DNA of 64,000 bases. Origin: Bdellovibrionales bacterium. GTDB taxonomy: Bacteria > Bdellovibrionota > Bdellovibrionia > Bdellovibrionales > UBA1609. Positions 30,933-40,443 of the stretch are shown here, piece after piece (within the stretch, counting starts at the first letter, position 1; the number at the start of each line of letters is the position of its first letter). The notes beneath the pieces were generated by a model. The model made no database searches. It was not told the DNA's origin and saw nothing but the letters and a program-made list of their open reading frames with translations. The DNA lies in NCBI GenBank assembly GCA_027317865.1, contig DAHVQG010000003.1, positions 128,001 to 192,000 on the forward strand. The letters run 5' to 3'. Both the position numbers and the translations under genes were made by a program.

Positions 30933-31652
30933 ATGTACAAATTGATGGCGCTTGCCTTTGCACTCTTTTTGTCTTCCGTGTCGTTTTCGGTTTCGCATGC
31001 CGATTCTTGGGGATGGTCGCGCAAAGAAACACAAATCAAAGATGCACTTCATTTCATAGCGCCAAAACAAGATCCCGCAATCGATTTGTTGGCCAAGAAA
31101 TGGACAGAATTTAGAAAGCAACGTCTCGAAGGCCGGGAATCGAGGGCGCTACCGAAAAATCTCGATATTTACTACATTGAGGGGCCGGACTCGTCGCCAA
31201 AAGCGGAACTTGCCGAAAAATTCGCCTCGGAACTTGCTCCCGATCAAATGCCTTTTTCAATTAACGGCGCAAATTTTACTTCGGCGTGGGGTTTTTCAAA
31301 CCTCCGATCCGCACTTCAGCGGTGGGCCAATCGGGGAGTTCGCGACTCGATCAATTCCAGTCAAATCACTTCAAACTCGGGCGTTGTCATCATTTTGTCA
31401 CCTGGCAAAATTAATTCGGCGGTCTATCCGCTCTTAATGGCCGCTATTCGCCGAATTCGAGACGTTGCCGTTGTCATGGTCAGTTCACAACTCCCGCCAG
31501 AAAACATCGCATTTGACGCTCACGCTGCCAATCGCAAAGGCATAGCCGATAATTTTGCGATTGTTCAGTTGAAGCCCGAAGTCGAATGGATGTTAAAGAG
31601 GCGCACGTCGACAGAAATCAAATTGCCAACGTGTGAGGGCACTCTCGAGTGA
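30933..31652 (+). CDS. Secreted degenerate ClpA/B-D2-like AAA+ domain protein, C-terminal CEGTL
   Basis: Signal peptide MYKLMALAFALFLSSVSFSVSHA; manual alignment to the second AAA+ module of ClpA in this window, with broken Walker A and B. Confidence 0.6.
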   Translation: MYKLMALAFALFLSSVSFSVSHADSWGWSRKETQIKDALHFIAPKQDPAIDLLAKKWTEFRKQRLEGRESRALPKNLDIYYIEGPDSSPKAELAEKFASELAPDQMPFSINGANFTSAWGFSNLRSALQRWANRGVRDSINSSQITSNSGVVIILSPGKINSAVYPLLMAAIRRIRDVAVVMVSSQLPPENIAFDAHAANRKGIADNFAIVQLKPEVEWMLKRRTSTEIKLPTCEGTLE

Positions 31653-33376
31653 AAGAATTGTCGGGTGTCGCGAAGATTTCGTGTGCCGTTTCGCGTGTGA
31701 GTTCGTGGGCCATGATTTTAGTCGCGGTCGCCATTTCGATGACGGCATCGGGCTTTTTAATGGCGCAACCTCGAATACAGCGATCACGCCGGTTGCGCCA
31801 AGTGGGTCAACAATTAAACCGCCAATTCATCCCCGGCATCGATCTCGATTCATGGACAAACGTTCTTGTTCATCCGTCAGGAACAGAATCGCCGACGAGC
31901 TTTTCGTTGCCAACCGAAGGTCAAATTTTGCTCGACAAGCGTGAACCACGGGCGATTTTTGCCGACTTGCTGGCGCGGCTTAAGAAAATCAAATTAATCG
32001 GCGCAAATGACGAGGAATCGGCCCAAAACTATGCAAACCTTGCGCGACGTTTTGAAGAAATGCGCCAATGGTATCGTTACGATTTAAAAATCCCCATATT
32101 GCAAAAGCGACGCGTCCTTTACCTCATGCAGATTCTTGCCGAAGAAATTATGTATGTTGGTTCGAAAAAATATCCGACGCAATTTCCGCCTGTTATTCGT
32201 GTTTCGCAACTTGATCCGCAAGCGGCTGAATTAGCCGAGAAAAACCCGCGCGCGGCAACGTTTGTCGGGTATCGGGTTTTAACTGGAGACGTGATTTTGT
32301 CAAAGGCGGTTGGCGACGGTTCAAGCGAATTGATCGCTTTTTTGATGCGAAGCCGGCACATTTTTTCGCATGTAACTGTTGCCGATGTTGATCCGCAGAC
32401 GCACTCCCTTATGTCGCCTGAAGCATTGATACAAGATGGGTTGAAGTTACGGTGGATTGATTCGGAATACGATCCAAAACCGCCAAAAGAACCGACAAAG
32501 TCGCGGATATTTATTTACCGCCTGGTCGCTTCGCCACAAACTGAGAATCAAGTTTCGAATGCGGTAGCGGAGGGTGTCGATCGGTTTGTCTCATGGATGT
32601 ACTCGCGCGTAAAAGATCCGTTTCAAGAAGCAGCCGCGCCGTATGATCATTCAATGAATCCGTTCAAACAAAATCAATTTATTTGCACCACCACTGTTTG
32701 GAACATATACAATCGGGTCAAAGCGATTCTGCAAAGCCAGGCCGGAGCCAGAAATATAAAATACGACGTGGATTTTTTCAGAGATGATATTAATGGCTAC
32801 GCCGAGCCGTACTGGAGTGACGTAAACCCTCGAAACGCCTTGTTGGTAAAAGCACTGGGTGTAAAACGTATTTCGATTCCCGCGCCGGGCGATTTGGAGG
32901 TTGATCCGAATTTCGAACTCGTCGGTTCGGTTGTAAATGTAAGCACATTGCCTCAAGAGCGTATTGAGGCAGCCATTGTGGATTACATTTTGAATTTTTT
33001 CGGCAGCCGCCGTGTGCAGGAAGTTCTTGGTTTTCTCGCAAAATTGCGGCAGGTCAATTGGACGCCGCAAGAAATGGCGGCTCTTGAAAAAGCTGATGTT
33101 TTGCCCGCGGCGGCCTTAAAAAAAATGCAAGCGATTTCGCGGCAAATTCCACCGGGGATGTCGGTTAATCAAGTTACCTTTTTCTATTTTTTAGATAATG
33201 TCTTCACGCCAAAAATTCGCGCGATGGTTACCGCTCAGGTCGGTTCGAAGATCATCGGGTTTGATTCGCTTTATTCGTTAGTAGCAGGCGATGTGAATGC
33301 GGTCTGGAAAAACACAGTGCGCAAATTTGCGGGTATTCATCAGTTGAACGATTGCGCTGCCGTTTTACAGCAATAG
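31649..33376 (+). CDS. Secreted permuted NlpC/P60 (YiiX/YebB-like) cysteine hydrolase, C-terminal CAAVL
   Basis: GDVILSK...S..IA...FSHV (His) precedes PYD...FICT (Cys); true start may be ATG 31712. Confidence 0.7.
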   Translation: MKELSGVAKISCAVSRVSSWAMILVAVAISMTASGFLMAQPRIQRSRRLRQVGQQLNRQFIPGIDLDSWTNVLVHPSGTESPTSFSLPTEGQILLDKREPRAIFADLLARLKKIKLIGANDEESAQNYANLARRFEEMRQWYRYDLKIPILQKRRVLYLMQILAEEIMYVGSKKYPTQFPPVIRVSQLDPQAAELAEKNPRAATFVGYRVLTGDVILSKAVGDGSSELIAFLMRSRHIFSHVTVADVDPQTHSLMSPEALIQDGLKLRWIDSEYDPKPPKEPTKSRIFIYRLVASPQTENQVSNAVAEGVDRFVSWMYSRVKDPFQEAAAPYDHSMNPFKQNQFICTTTVWNIYNRVKAILQSQAGARNIKYDVDFFRDDINGYAEPYWSDVNPRNALLVKALGVKRISIPAPGDLEVDPNFELVGSVVNVSTLPQERIEAAIVDYILNFFGSRRVQEVLGFLAKLRQVNWTPQEMAALEKADVLPAAALKKMQAISRQIPPGMSVNQVTFFYFLDNVFTPKIRAMVTAQVGSKIIGFDSLYSLVAGDVNAVWKNTVRKFAGIHQLNDCAAVLQQ

Positions 33377-33418
33377 CATTTAGCTGCAATTGCGTGTCGC
33401 GACCCCCGTCGTTGCCTC

Positions 33419-34903
33419 CTAAATAACCAATTTTAATACCGGAGCTTTTCGCAGTAGATATTCGCACGGGGACTGATAGGGTTTCTCGCGCAAGCGGTTT
33501 AGGTCGACCCCCAGTTTTTGTAAGAACGGTACAATTTCGGAGCGTGGTTTTACGACGACCGGGAGTAAATAGGTTTTAGTACCTGCGGAGTCTTCCCAAT
33601 AAGGGCGCGACTGGTGGCCGTAATTTGCTGGTGCGTGCAAGGTACCTGCTGGCGTGTAAATAATCGCCCCACCGGTTGCAGATTCAATTTGATGAACTTG
33701 CATAATTTCGATCGGTTTTAGTTTGCCGGGTTCGCCCATAAACATTTGATAGCTTTCTGGGAAGTGCGACCGGGCGAGCGCATCAACGTAAAAATAAATA
33801 TTTTCCGAACCTTCCATTTTATAAATTGAAATTATCTCGCGAGTTTCGGGCATGTTTTGTATAACCGCTTGCCCGGTTTTGAGCCGTTCAGAAAGTAGAT
33901 TGCGTTGAGTCGGAGTGGCCTCATTCAAGCAGGTTGAATCGTTCGGTGCGCTAATTCGGAGCATTCCATCTGGCTCCAGCTGAACTGTTATGATTCGGCC
34001 CGGTTCGGTTGCTGTCGAGGCAAAAACTTCGAGTTTGAGAACGTTATATTGGCACTTCGAAAAAATGCTATGCTCGCTTTTCGAATAAAATTGATACATT
34101 TCGGGTTTGTCGAGATTGCCGAAATAAAATGGGTGGCGTCCGGTATAGTGGGCAGTGGTAGCTGTATCTTTTGCCGATAAAATGGCAACGTAATTACCGC
34201 GGCGATCGATCCACATTTGATTAACATTCAGGTCGCGAATCGAGCCTTTTGTAATCGGCATTAGTTTATCAAAGTGTGAAGTAGCTGAAATCAAGGGTTC
34301 ATCATTGAGGTCGTCGTGAAGCCCGCCATAAACTGGGCCCGCGGGATTGAGCGTACCCTTTTCAATGGAATTTTTAGCAATGGAGCGCAATCGGGCAAGG
34401 CCTTGCGAACTAGGGTCAATTGCAAGTGACTCGATTTGAAAATTGAAATGGTCGGTCTCGAGCTGGCGCAGTGTAAAATCAGTTGCGGCCGACTCCTTTG
34501 TCCGCTCTTGATAACTTTGCCGAACTTCAGTGCGCAGCTGTTGAACTAAATCGGGGGGTGCCGTTTGGGAGTCAAAGTTTACCCACCACTGTAGATCGTG
34601 CTTTAACTTATTCGGTATCGCAATAAACAAACTCTGATAGGGTAGCGTCACTTTAACGCGAACGCGAACGATTTCAGTAGTTGCGGCCAATCGAATGGGA
34701 CGGTCTTGAATTTCGTAGTCTTTTTGCAGCCAACGAAGGTAAACATGAGCTCGATAGCCGCCTTTGTCGAAACTTGATACCGGGCTGCGCACGATAAACT
34801 CAGGGGCGCTTTCGCTCGCGACGCTGCTGCCAAGGTCCGTAACTGTTGTGGCCCGCAGTGGAGAAATTGCGAACATGATCGTTGTGAGAATTATCCACTT
34901 CAT
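33419..34903 (-). CDS. Secreted hypothetical protein, C-terminal CEYLL
   Basis: Signal peptide MKWIILTTIMFAISPLRA; long ORF. Confidence 0.75.
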   Translation of the reverse strand: MKWIILTTIMFAISPLRATTVTDLGSSVASESAPEFIVRSPVSSFDKGGYRAHVYLRWLQKDYEIQDRPIRLAATTEIVRVRVKVTLPYQSLFIAIPNKLKHDLQWWVNFDSQTAPPDLVQQLRTEVRQSYQERTKESAATDFTLRQLETDHFNFQIESLAIDPSSQGLARLRSIAKNSIEKGTLNPAGPVYGGLHDDLNDEPLISATSHFDKLMPITKGSIRDLNVNQMWIDRRGNYVAILSAKDTATTAHYTGRHPFYFGNLDKPEMYQFYSKSEHSIFSKCQYNVLKLEVFASTATEPGRIITVQLEPDGMLRISAPNDSTCLNEATPTQRNLLSERLKTGQAVIQNMPETREIISIYKMEGSENIYFYVDALARSHFPESYQMFMGEPGKLKPIEIMQVHQIESATGGAIIYTPAGTLHAPANYGHQSRPYWEDSAGTKTYLLPVVVKPRSEIVPFLQKLGVDLNRLREKPYQSPCEYLLRKAPVLKLVI

Positions 34904-34999
34904 AACTTTCGAAACTTATTAGCACTCCCGTTTAACAGCGGACAGTGTTTGCGTGTAAAAGAACCTTGATGCGAAGGTCGCTTCATCGAAGCGCCGTGA

Positions 35000-35015
35000 C
35001 GGCATCATATTTGCA
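35000..35015 (+). promoter_or_regulatory. Putative sigma54 promoter
   Basis: CGGCATCATATTTGCA, GG-N10-GC, just upstream of ATG 35028. Confidence 0.55.
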
Positions 35016-35027
35016 AATAAAATACAC

Positions 35028-35519
35028 ATGACAATTTATGACGAACTTCACTCCGACCATCTTAAGTTGATCGGTTTGATCGATGAGCTATTGGACATGC
35101 CCGACAGAGGCGATGAAGATTACCGCACCAACTTGATTCGCGACATTGAAGTTGAAGTTGTCCTTCATGTACGCGCCGAAGAAAAACTTCTGTTCGATTC
35201 GATGCGATCGCAAAAGAATCCGGCCTACATGAATCTGCTGCAGCGAGCGCTTAAACAACATCGCGAAGTGGAGCAAATGCTTTATGCGCTTCGGGAGAAG
35301 AACAAACAGGACGAAGAAAATTCGAGTGCGGTCTGGCGGAGCGCAGCCGAAGACTTTCGAGACGCACTGGTTCACCATATTAGTCATGAGGAATTGAAAT
35401 TGATACCTGTTGCACGCAAAGCGTTTACCGCCAGAGAAAATATTCAAATGGGTACGGACTTTCTTGAGCTTAAAAATGAAATGCGCGTGCAGGGGATACC
35501 AATGCTTCGTTACGCTTGA
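35028..35519 (+). CDS. Hemerythrin/HHE cation-binding domain protein
   Basis: L..DH, H..AEE, QH, HH..HEE motifs. Confidence 0.85.
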   Translation: MTIYDELHSDHLKLIGLIDELLDMPDRGDEDYRTNLIRDIEVEVVLHVRAEEKLLFDSMRSQKNPAYMNLLQRALKQHREVEQMLYALREKNKQDEENSSAVWRSAAEDFRDALVHHISHEELKLIPVARKAFTARENIQMGTDFLELKNEMRVQGIPMLRYA

Positions 35520-35551
35520 CTCAAATTCGTGACGCAGCGACGATGTTGTAA

Positions 35552-36727
35552 ATGGAACTCCCACAATGGCGTCGGGTCGTTGTCAAACTCGGTACACAAG
35601 TCGTCGTCGATGATTCCGGTCGGTTTGCCGCCGATCGAATCGCGAACATTCTCGCTGATTTGCTTGAAGGGGCAAAAGAGCGAATTCTTGTGACAAGTGG
35701 TGCTGTTGGCCTCGGGCGTGCTCGGCTATTGAAAAATCGCACCCAATCGCTTGTGCAAAAACAGGCGTGCGCGGCCGTGGGGCAATCCCTTCTCATGAAC
35801 GAATACCACCGGTTATTGCAGCGTCACGAAGTTTGTGCCGCACAAATGTTGGTGACCTCCGACGATTTAACCGATCGGCAAAAGTATTTAAATTTTTCTG
35901 AGACGCTAAACGAACTTTTACGAATGAAGGCGCTACCGATTCTTAACGAAAACGATTCAATCTCAACGGCCGAACTGCAAGTTGGCAAAAGTTTTGGCGA
36001 TAACGACAAGCTTTCGGCAATCGTGGCGGCCAAAATGGGAGCCGACCTTCTCGTGATTCTTTCGAATGTGAGCGGATTTTACAAAACCAATCCTCGCACC
36101 GATCAACGCGCTGAGCGGCTGGGTATTGTCGACGACTGGTCCATTTTGAACGAGATTGAAATTGGCGAAGTGTCGCGCGGTGGGCGCGGTGGCATTGACA
36201 CGAAAATTCAAGCGGCGAAGATTGCGGCGATGAACGGTGTTTACACGGTTGTGGCCGACGGCTTTCAAGCCGGGATATTAAAACAAATTTTATCTATGAG
36301 GGAGTGGCGAAGCGACGCGCCCTTTAGCCTCGTTTTGCCAAGATTCAAATTACCGGCTCGCAAGGCATGGATAGGATTTTCTGCTAATACGGCGGGCTCA
36401 ATTGTAATTAACGACGGAGCAGTCGCGGCGATTTTAAACAGAGGCGCAAGTCTCTTGCCTGTTGGTATAATCAGGTTGGATGGACGATTCACGGCAAACT
36501 CGATTGTAAGTGTGACAACCGAAAACGGTGAAGAGATGGGCCGTGGACTTGTCGCGGTATCAAGCGACGAGCTTGGGCGGATGATCAAATCCGCACAGGC
36601 GAAAACTGGCGATCCTGTTTCACACAAAGTGAACTCGAAACTAGTGGCCATACACAAAGATAACCTCGTGATCTATCGTGAAATTCGTCGCCAAAATAGT
36701 GAAAACGAAAAGAACAAACATGAATAA
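35552..36727 (+). CDS. proB: Glutamate 5-kinase
   Basis: VVKLGT, SGAV, AAVGQ, NENDS, GDNDKLSA; C-terminal PUA domain. Confidence 0.95.
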   Translation: MELPQWRRVVVKLGTQVVVDDSGRFAADRIANILADLLEGAKERILVTSGAVGLGRARLLKNRTQSLVQKQACAAVGQSLLMNEYHRLLQRHEVCAAQMLVTSDDLTDRQKYLNFSETLNELLRMKALPILNENDSISTAELQVGKSFGDNDKLSAIVAAKMGADLLVILSNVSGFYKTNPRTDQRAERLGIVDDWSILNEIEIGEVSRGGRGGIDTKIQAAKIAAMNGVYTVVADGFQAGILKQILSMREWRSDAPFSLVLPRFKLPARKAWIGFSANTAGSIVINDGAVAAILNRGASLLPVGIIRLDGRFTANSIVSVTTENGEEMGRGLVAVSSDELGRMIKSAQAKTGDPVSHKVNSKLVAIHKDNLVIYREIRRQNSENEKNKHE

Positions 36728-38048
36728 AGACTCACGGGTGAGAAAAATTGAAAAAGCGGCGGCGGCGGCCTTAGTTATGCCGGCACTTTCTGCGGATCAA
36801 AAAGCGACGGCGCTCAGTAGTTTTGCTGATCGAATTTGGCGCAAAAAAGATAATTTGCTCCAAGCAAATGCGCGGGATCTCAACCGCGAAAAGAAGTCGT
36901 TGCCTGCGGCGCTTTTGGCGCGCTTGAAACTTGACGAAGGTAAAATTGCCACGTTATGCGAGGGGATTCGTGCTCTTGCCAATGCGGAAGACCCCGTCCA
37001 TCGCGTGATTGATCGCATTGAACTTGACCAGGGTTTGGTTCTTGAGAAAAGGACCGTTCCGATTGGGGTGATCGCAGTTATTTTTGAATCGCGTCCCGAT
37101 GTCATCCCCCAAATATTGTCGTTGATTCTGAAAAGCGGAAACGTGGCTCTGTTAAAGGGCGGGCGTGAAGCCCGATTGACCAATTTGGCGTTTATGAAAA
37201 TCGTCTCTGAGCTGAATCGTGAATTGCGTTTTTTACCCGGCGCTTGGGCACAATTGTTTATTGAACGAAGTGATGTGGACCTAATATTGAAACAAAATAA
37301 GTTGGTAAATTTAGTCATACCACGCGGTTCAAATGCGTTGGTACAAGCGATCATGAATAAGACAAAAATTCCAGTTCTCGGACACGCCGACGGAGTTTGC
37401 CATTTGTATTGGGATGAATCCGCCGATTTTGCGACGGTTCGTCGCGTAGTAATCGACGCAAAGACACAGTATCCGGCGGTGTGTAATGCCGTCGAAACGC
37501 TTCTCGTACATCGGTCGCGTGTCGCCGAGCTGGGCGAATTGCTTCACGAATTGGACAATCGTGGAGTTAAAATTTTTGGAGATTCTTCAGTTCAGCGTTT
37601 ATATCACGCGACTTTAAAAAAGAAAGCGGGCCGAGCCGGCAATTGGCACACCGAATACGGCGATCTTGCGCTATCGGTGCGTATTGTCGCCTCGGTAAGC
37701 GAAGCGATCGCCCACATCAATCGATTTGGCTCACATCATACCGACGGAATTTTAACTCGCGATTTGAAATCGAAGCAGTCATTTTTGGCGGGTGTTGATT
37801 CTGCAACGATAACCGTAAACGCTTCGACTCGATTTGCTGACGGGTATCGGTTCGGAATGGGTGCAGAAGTCGGTATTTCAACGAGTAAAATTCACGCTCG
37901 CGGCCCCGTTGGCGTGGAGGGCCTCATGACAAATCAGTTTGTGTTGGTAGGGGATGGGCATATTGTAGGCGACTATGTTGCGACAAACGACGGGGAGATG
38001 CCCGCGCGTAAACCGGTTCGAAAGTTCACCCACCGGCGGCTTATTTAA
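36720..38048 (+). CDS. proA: Glutamate-5-semialdehyde dehydrogenase
   Basis: PIGVIAVIFESRP, IPRG, CNAVETLL, NASTRFADG, HARGPVG; ATG overlaps the end of proB. Confidence 0.95.
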   Translation: MNKDSRVRKIEKAAAAALVMPALSADQKATALSSFADRIWRKKDNLLQANARDLNREKKSLPAALLARLKLDEGKIATLCEGIRALANAEDPVHRVIDRIELDQGLVLEKRTVPIGVIAVIFESRPDVIPQILSLILKSGNVALLKGGREARLTNLAFMKIVSELNRELRFLPGAWAQLFIERSDVDLILKQNKLVNLVIPRGSNALVQAIMNKTKIPVLGHADGVCHLYWDESADFATVRRVVIDAKTQYPAVCNAVETLLVHRSRVAELGELLHELDNRGVKIFGDSSVQRLYHATLKKKAGRAGNWHTEYGDLALSVRIVASVSEAIAHINRFGSHHTDGILTRDLKSKQSFLAGVDSATITVNASTRFADGYRFGMGAEVGISTSKIHARGPVGVEGLMTNQFVLVGDGHIVGDYVATNDGEMPARKPVRKFTHRRLI

Positions 38049-40443
38049 GCTCGATCCAGGTTACGCCATCGCCACCTGTTTCTTTAGTTCCGGCTTGCCA
38101 TTTTTTTACATACACGCTTCGCGATAGATAAGTGCGCACGCCACGTTTCAACATATCGGCTGCGCCATGACCGTGAATGATCTTGACTCGATCGACATTG
38201 CCAAGAGCCGCGGCATCCAATTGTATTTCAAGTGTTGAAATTGCTTCTTCTACCGTGAGGCCGCGCAAGTCGACTACTCGATCAGTCTCAGCTGATTTTG
38301 ATACAAATCCCGATGTTTTACCCAACCATTTCGAAATGGTACCGCTATCCGCAGAAGGGTTAAGGTCTCGCCATGAAATCATCAAACGCATTGAACTCGA
38401 TAAAACCGGGACATCGCCCTTTGAATTCGGACGCCCTTGCACAATTCCGTTGCGGTCTAGGCTTTTGATATAGACCCCGGTGCCAGGCGGGCATTGCCGC
38501 GAAAAATCATCGGCAGAAGCAAAAGCACCGCTGGCCGTTTTTTTAATCCGATTACCAGAGGGCGCTGTTTCGCCGGCTTTGATGATTGTCGGGAGTTCTT
38601 GTTTGATTTGCGACAAGCGTTCGTGGCGGCTAAAGATCTCCTGAGCCTTAGTTTCTTGAATAAGACTCTCGATTCGAGCCTCGGCTTTCTTGAGCTCTTT
38701 TTGAAGCATTTCGTCTTTCTCTTTTTCAAATTTTTCACGTGCCAGTTCGAGCTCGGAGCGCGATTTTTCAGCCTCCATTTGTCGCGCGCGAACGTCATCG
38801 TTCAGGTTAAGCAAATCTTTTTTCATTTGTTCGATTTCGCTCAGCGCGTTTTGGTATTGCCTGGCTTCAGGGCTCAAATAATGTTTCGCTCGATCGACAA
38901 TAGTTCGGTCAACGCCAATCCGTTCAGCGGTTTGCAGCGCAAGCGATGGTCCGGGAACGCCCATAATAAAGCGATACGTCGGTCCACGTTTTTGGTTAAA
39001 TTCGAGACTGCCATTGATAACACCATCCGGCCAACCGTGCTTGAGCGCGCCAAGGTGAGATGTGATGACTCCAAAAGAAGCGTTGTCTTTATACCGATCG
39101 ATAAAACTTCGCGCTAGAGCGGCGCCCTCTTCAGGGTCGGTTGAACCGCAAATTTCGTCAATCAGAACGAGCGTATCTTCGCCTTGCACGTTGGCTGCGC
39201 GTTCGAGCGCGCGCAAATGCGCGGCAAAAGTACTCAGATTGGCGTCGACGCTTTGCGAGTCACCGAGGGCGACGACCATCGTGCTAAAAAACGGCAGCCG
39301 TGAACCATCGGATGCGCAAATGAAAAGCCCGGCGCGTGCCATTTGAGCGGCTAAACCAACGGCCTTCAGTAGAACTGTTTTGCCTCCGGCATTAGGCCCG
39401 GATAGTAATAAAATTCGTCTCTCGGGCGCGAGTTCGACCGTATTAGCAACGACTGGTACCCCGTTTATAACTAAAAGAGGATGGCGCAAATCACGCAGAT
39501 ATAAACCAGCTATTGAAGCGTTACTGTCTGATAATTCTTCCGGATTCGCATTTGTAAATTCGCACGTGGTCGCTTGCATGAGTTCCGCGATTTTGGCCTG
39601 AGCGAGCCGTGCGTCCGCATTCAGCATAATTTGCTTTGAATCTTCAAACTGAAACCGCAATGTGGCTAAATATTTCGATAGCTCCGTGAGCAAGCGCTCG
39701 ATCTCTTCTTCGATGGCGATCTCAATTTCGCGCAACCGGTTATTGATCGGGATGGTCTCTTGCGGCTCCATAAATACTGTTTGTTTGGTTTGGCTCGAGT
39801 CATGAATGATCCCTTCAAAACCGTGCTGCATTCCACTTTTGATCGGTAAAACCCAGCGGCCTTCGCGCGTCGTCACGTAACGGTCTTGTACCAGGTGTTC
39901 AATTTGAAAACTCTTAACCAGCCGATCGAGAATCAGTTGTACTTGTCGGGCGAGTTGCGTCTTCTCGGCGTTGAGTTGATAAAGGCGTTCACTCGCGTCG
40001 GTTCGAATGTCGCCGGCTGGTGTTAAAATTTGATCAATTGCCGCAAGCGGTTCATCGGCCCGCATCAGTTTTTCGTGGACGTCGCGCAGCGAGGAGATCG
40101 CCATTTCTTCAATAACTTCACGAAGAGTGACGACTTCTTGGCAAAAATGACGAACGTCTTTAAGTTCAATTGTGCGCAATACCGCGTTTCGGGCAAGGCG
40201 TTGATGCCATTGCGTAAACAAATCGAGGCTGGTCATTTGTGGGCGCATACCCGCGGCCAAAAGCCGTGACCACGATTCAATTTCACGCATGGATTGACGG
40301 GCCTCTTGCGGCGACGAAAGAGCCCGAAGTCCGCGAATTTTTTCGCGAGTCAGGTCGGCCGTCGCAAAAGTGGCCAGCCGAGCGAGGAGCTCTTGCCAGT
40401 CCAAGCTGATCGATTCATCGACTGAAAGCGGCGTAACCGTCAT
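38041..40443 (-). CDS. mutS2: Endonuclease MutS2
   Basis: GPNAGGKT, STFAAHL, DEICGSTDPEEG, coiled coil, C-terminal Smr (DLRG..IIHGHG). Confidence 0.92.
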   Translation of the reverse strand: MTVTPLSVDESISLDWQELLARLATFATADLTREKIRGLRALSSPQEARQSMREIESWSRLLAAGMRPQMTSLDLFTQWHQRLARNAVLRTIELKDVRHFCQEVVTLREVIEEMAISSLRDVHEKLMRADEPLAAIDQILTPAGDIRTDASERLYQLNAEKTQLARQVQLILDRLVKSFQIEHLVQDRYVTTREGRWVLPIKSGMQHGFEGIIHDSSQTKQTVFMEPQETIPINNRLREIEIAIEEEIERLLTELSKYLATLRFQFEDSKQIMLNADARLAQAKIAELMQATTCEFTNANPEELSDSNASIAGLYLRDLRHPLLVINGVPVVANTVELAPERRILLLSGPNAGGKTVLLKAVGLAAQMARAGLFICASDGSRLPFFSTMVVALGDSQSVDANLSTFAAHLRALERAANVQGEDTLVLIDEICGSTDPEEGAALARSFIDRYKDNASFGVITSHLGALKHGWPDGVINGSLEFNQKRGPTYRFIMGVPGPSLALQTAERIGVDRTIVDRAKHYLSPEARQYQNALSEIEQMKKDLLNLNDDVRARQMEAEKSRSELELAREKFEKEKDEMLQKELKKAEARIESLIQETKAQEIFSRHERLSQIKQELPTIIKAGETAPSGNRIKKTASGAFASADDFSRQCPPGTGVYIKSLDRNGIVQGRPNSKGDVPVLSSSMRLMISWRDLNPSADSGTISKWLGKTSGFVSKSAETDRVVDLRGLTVEEAISTLEIQLDAAALGNVDRVKIIHGHGAADMLKRGVRTYLSRSVYVKKWQAGTKETGGDGVTWIELK

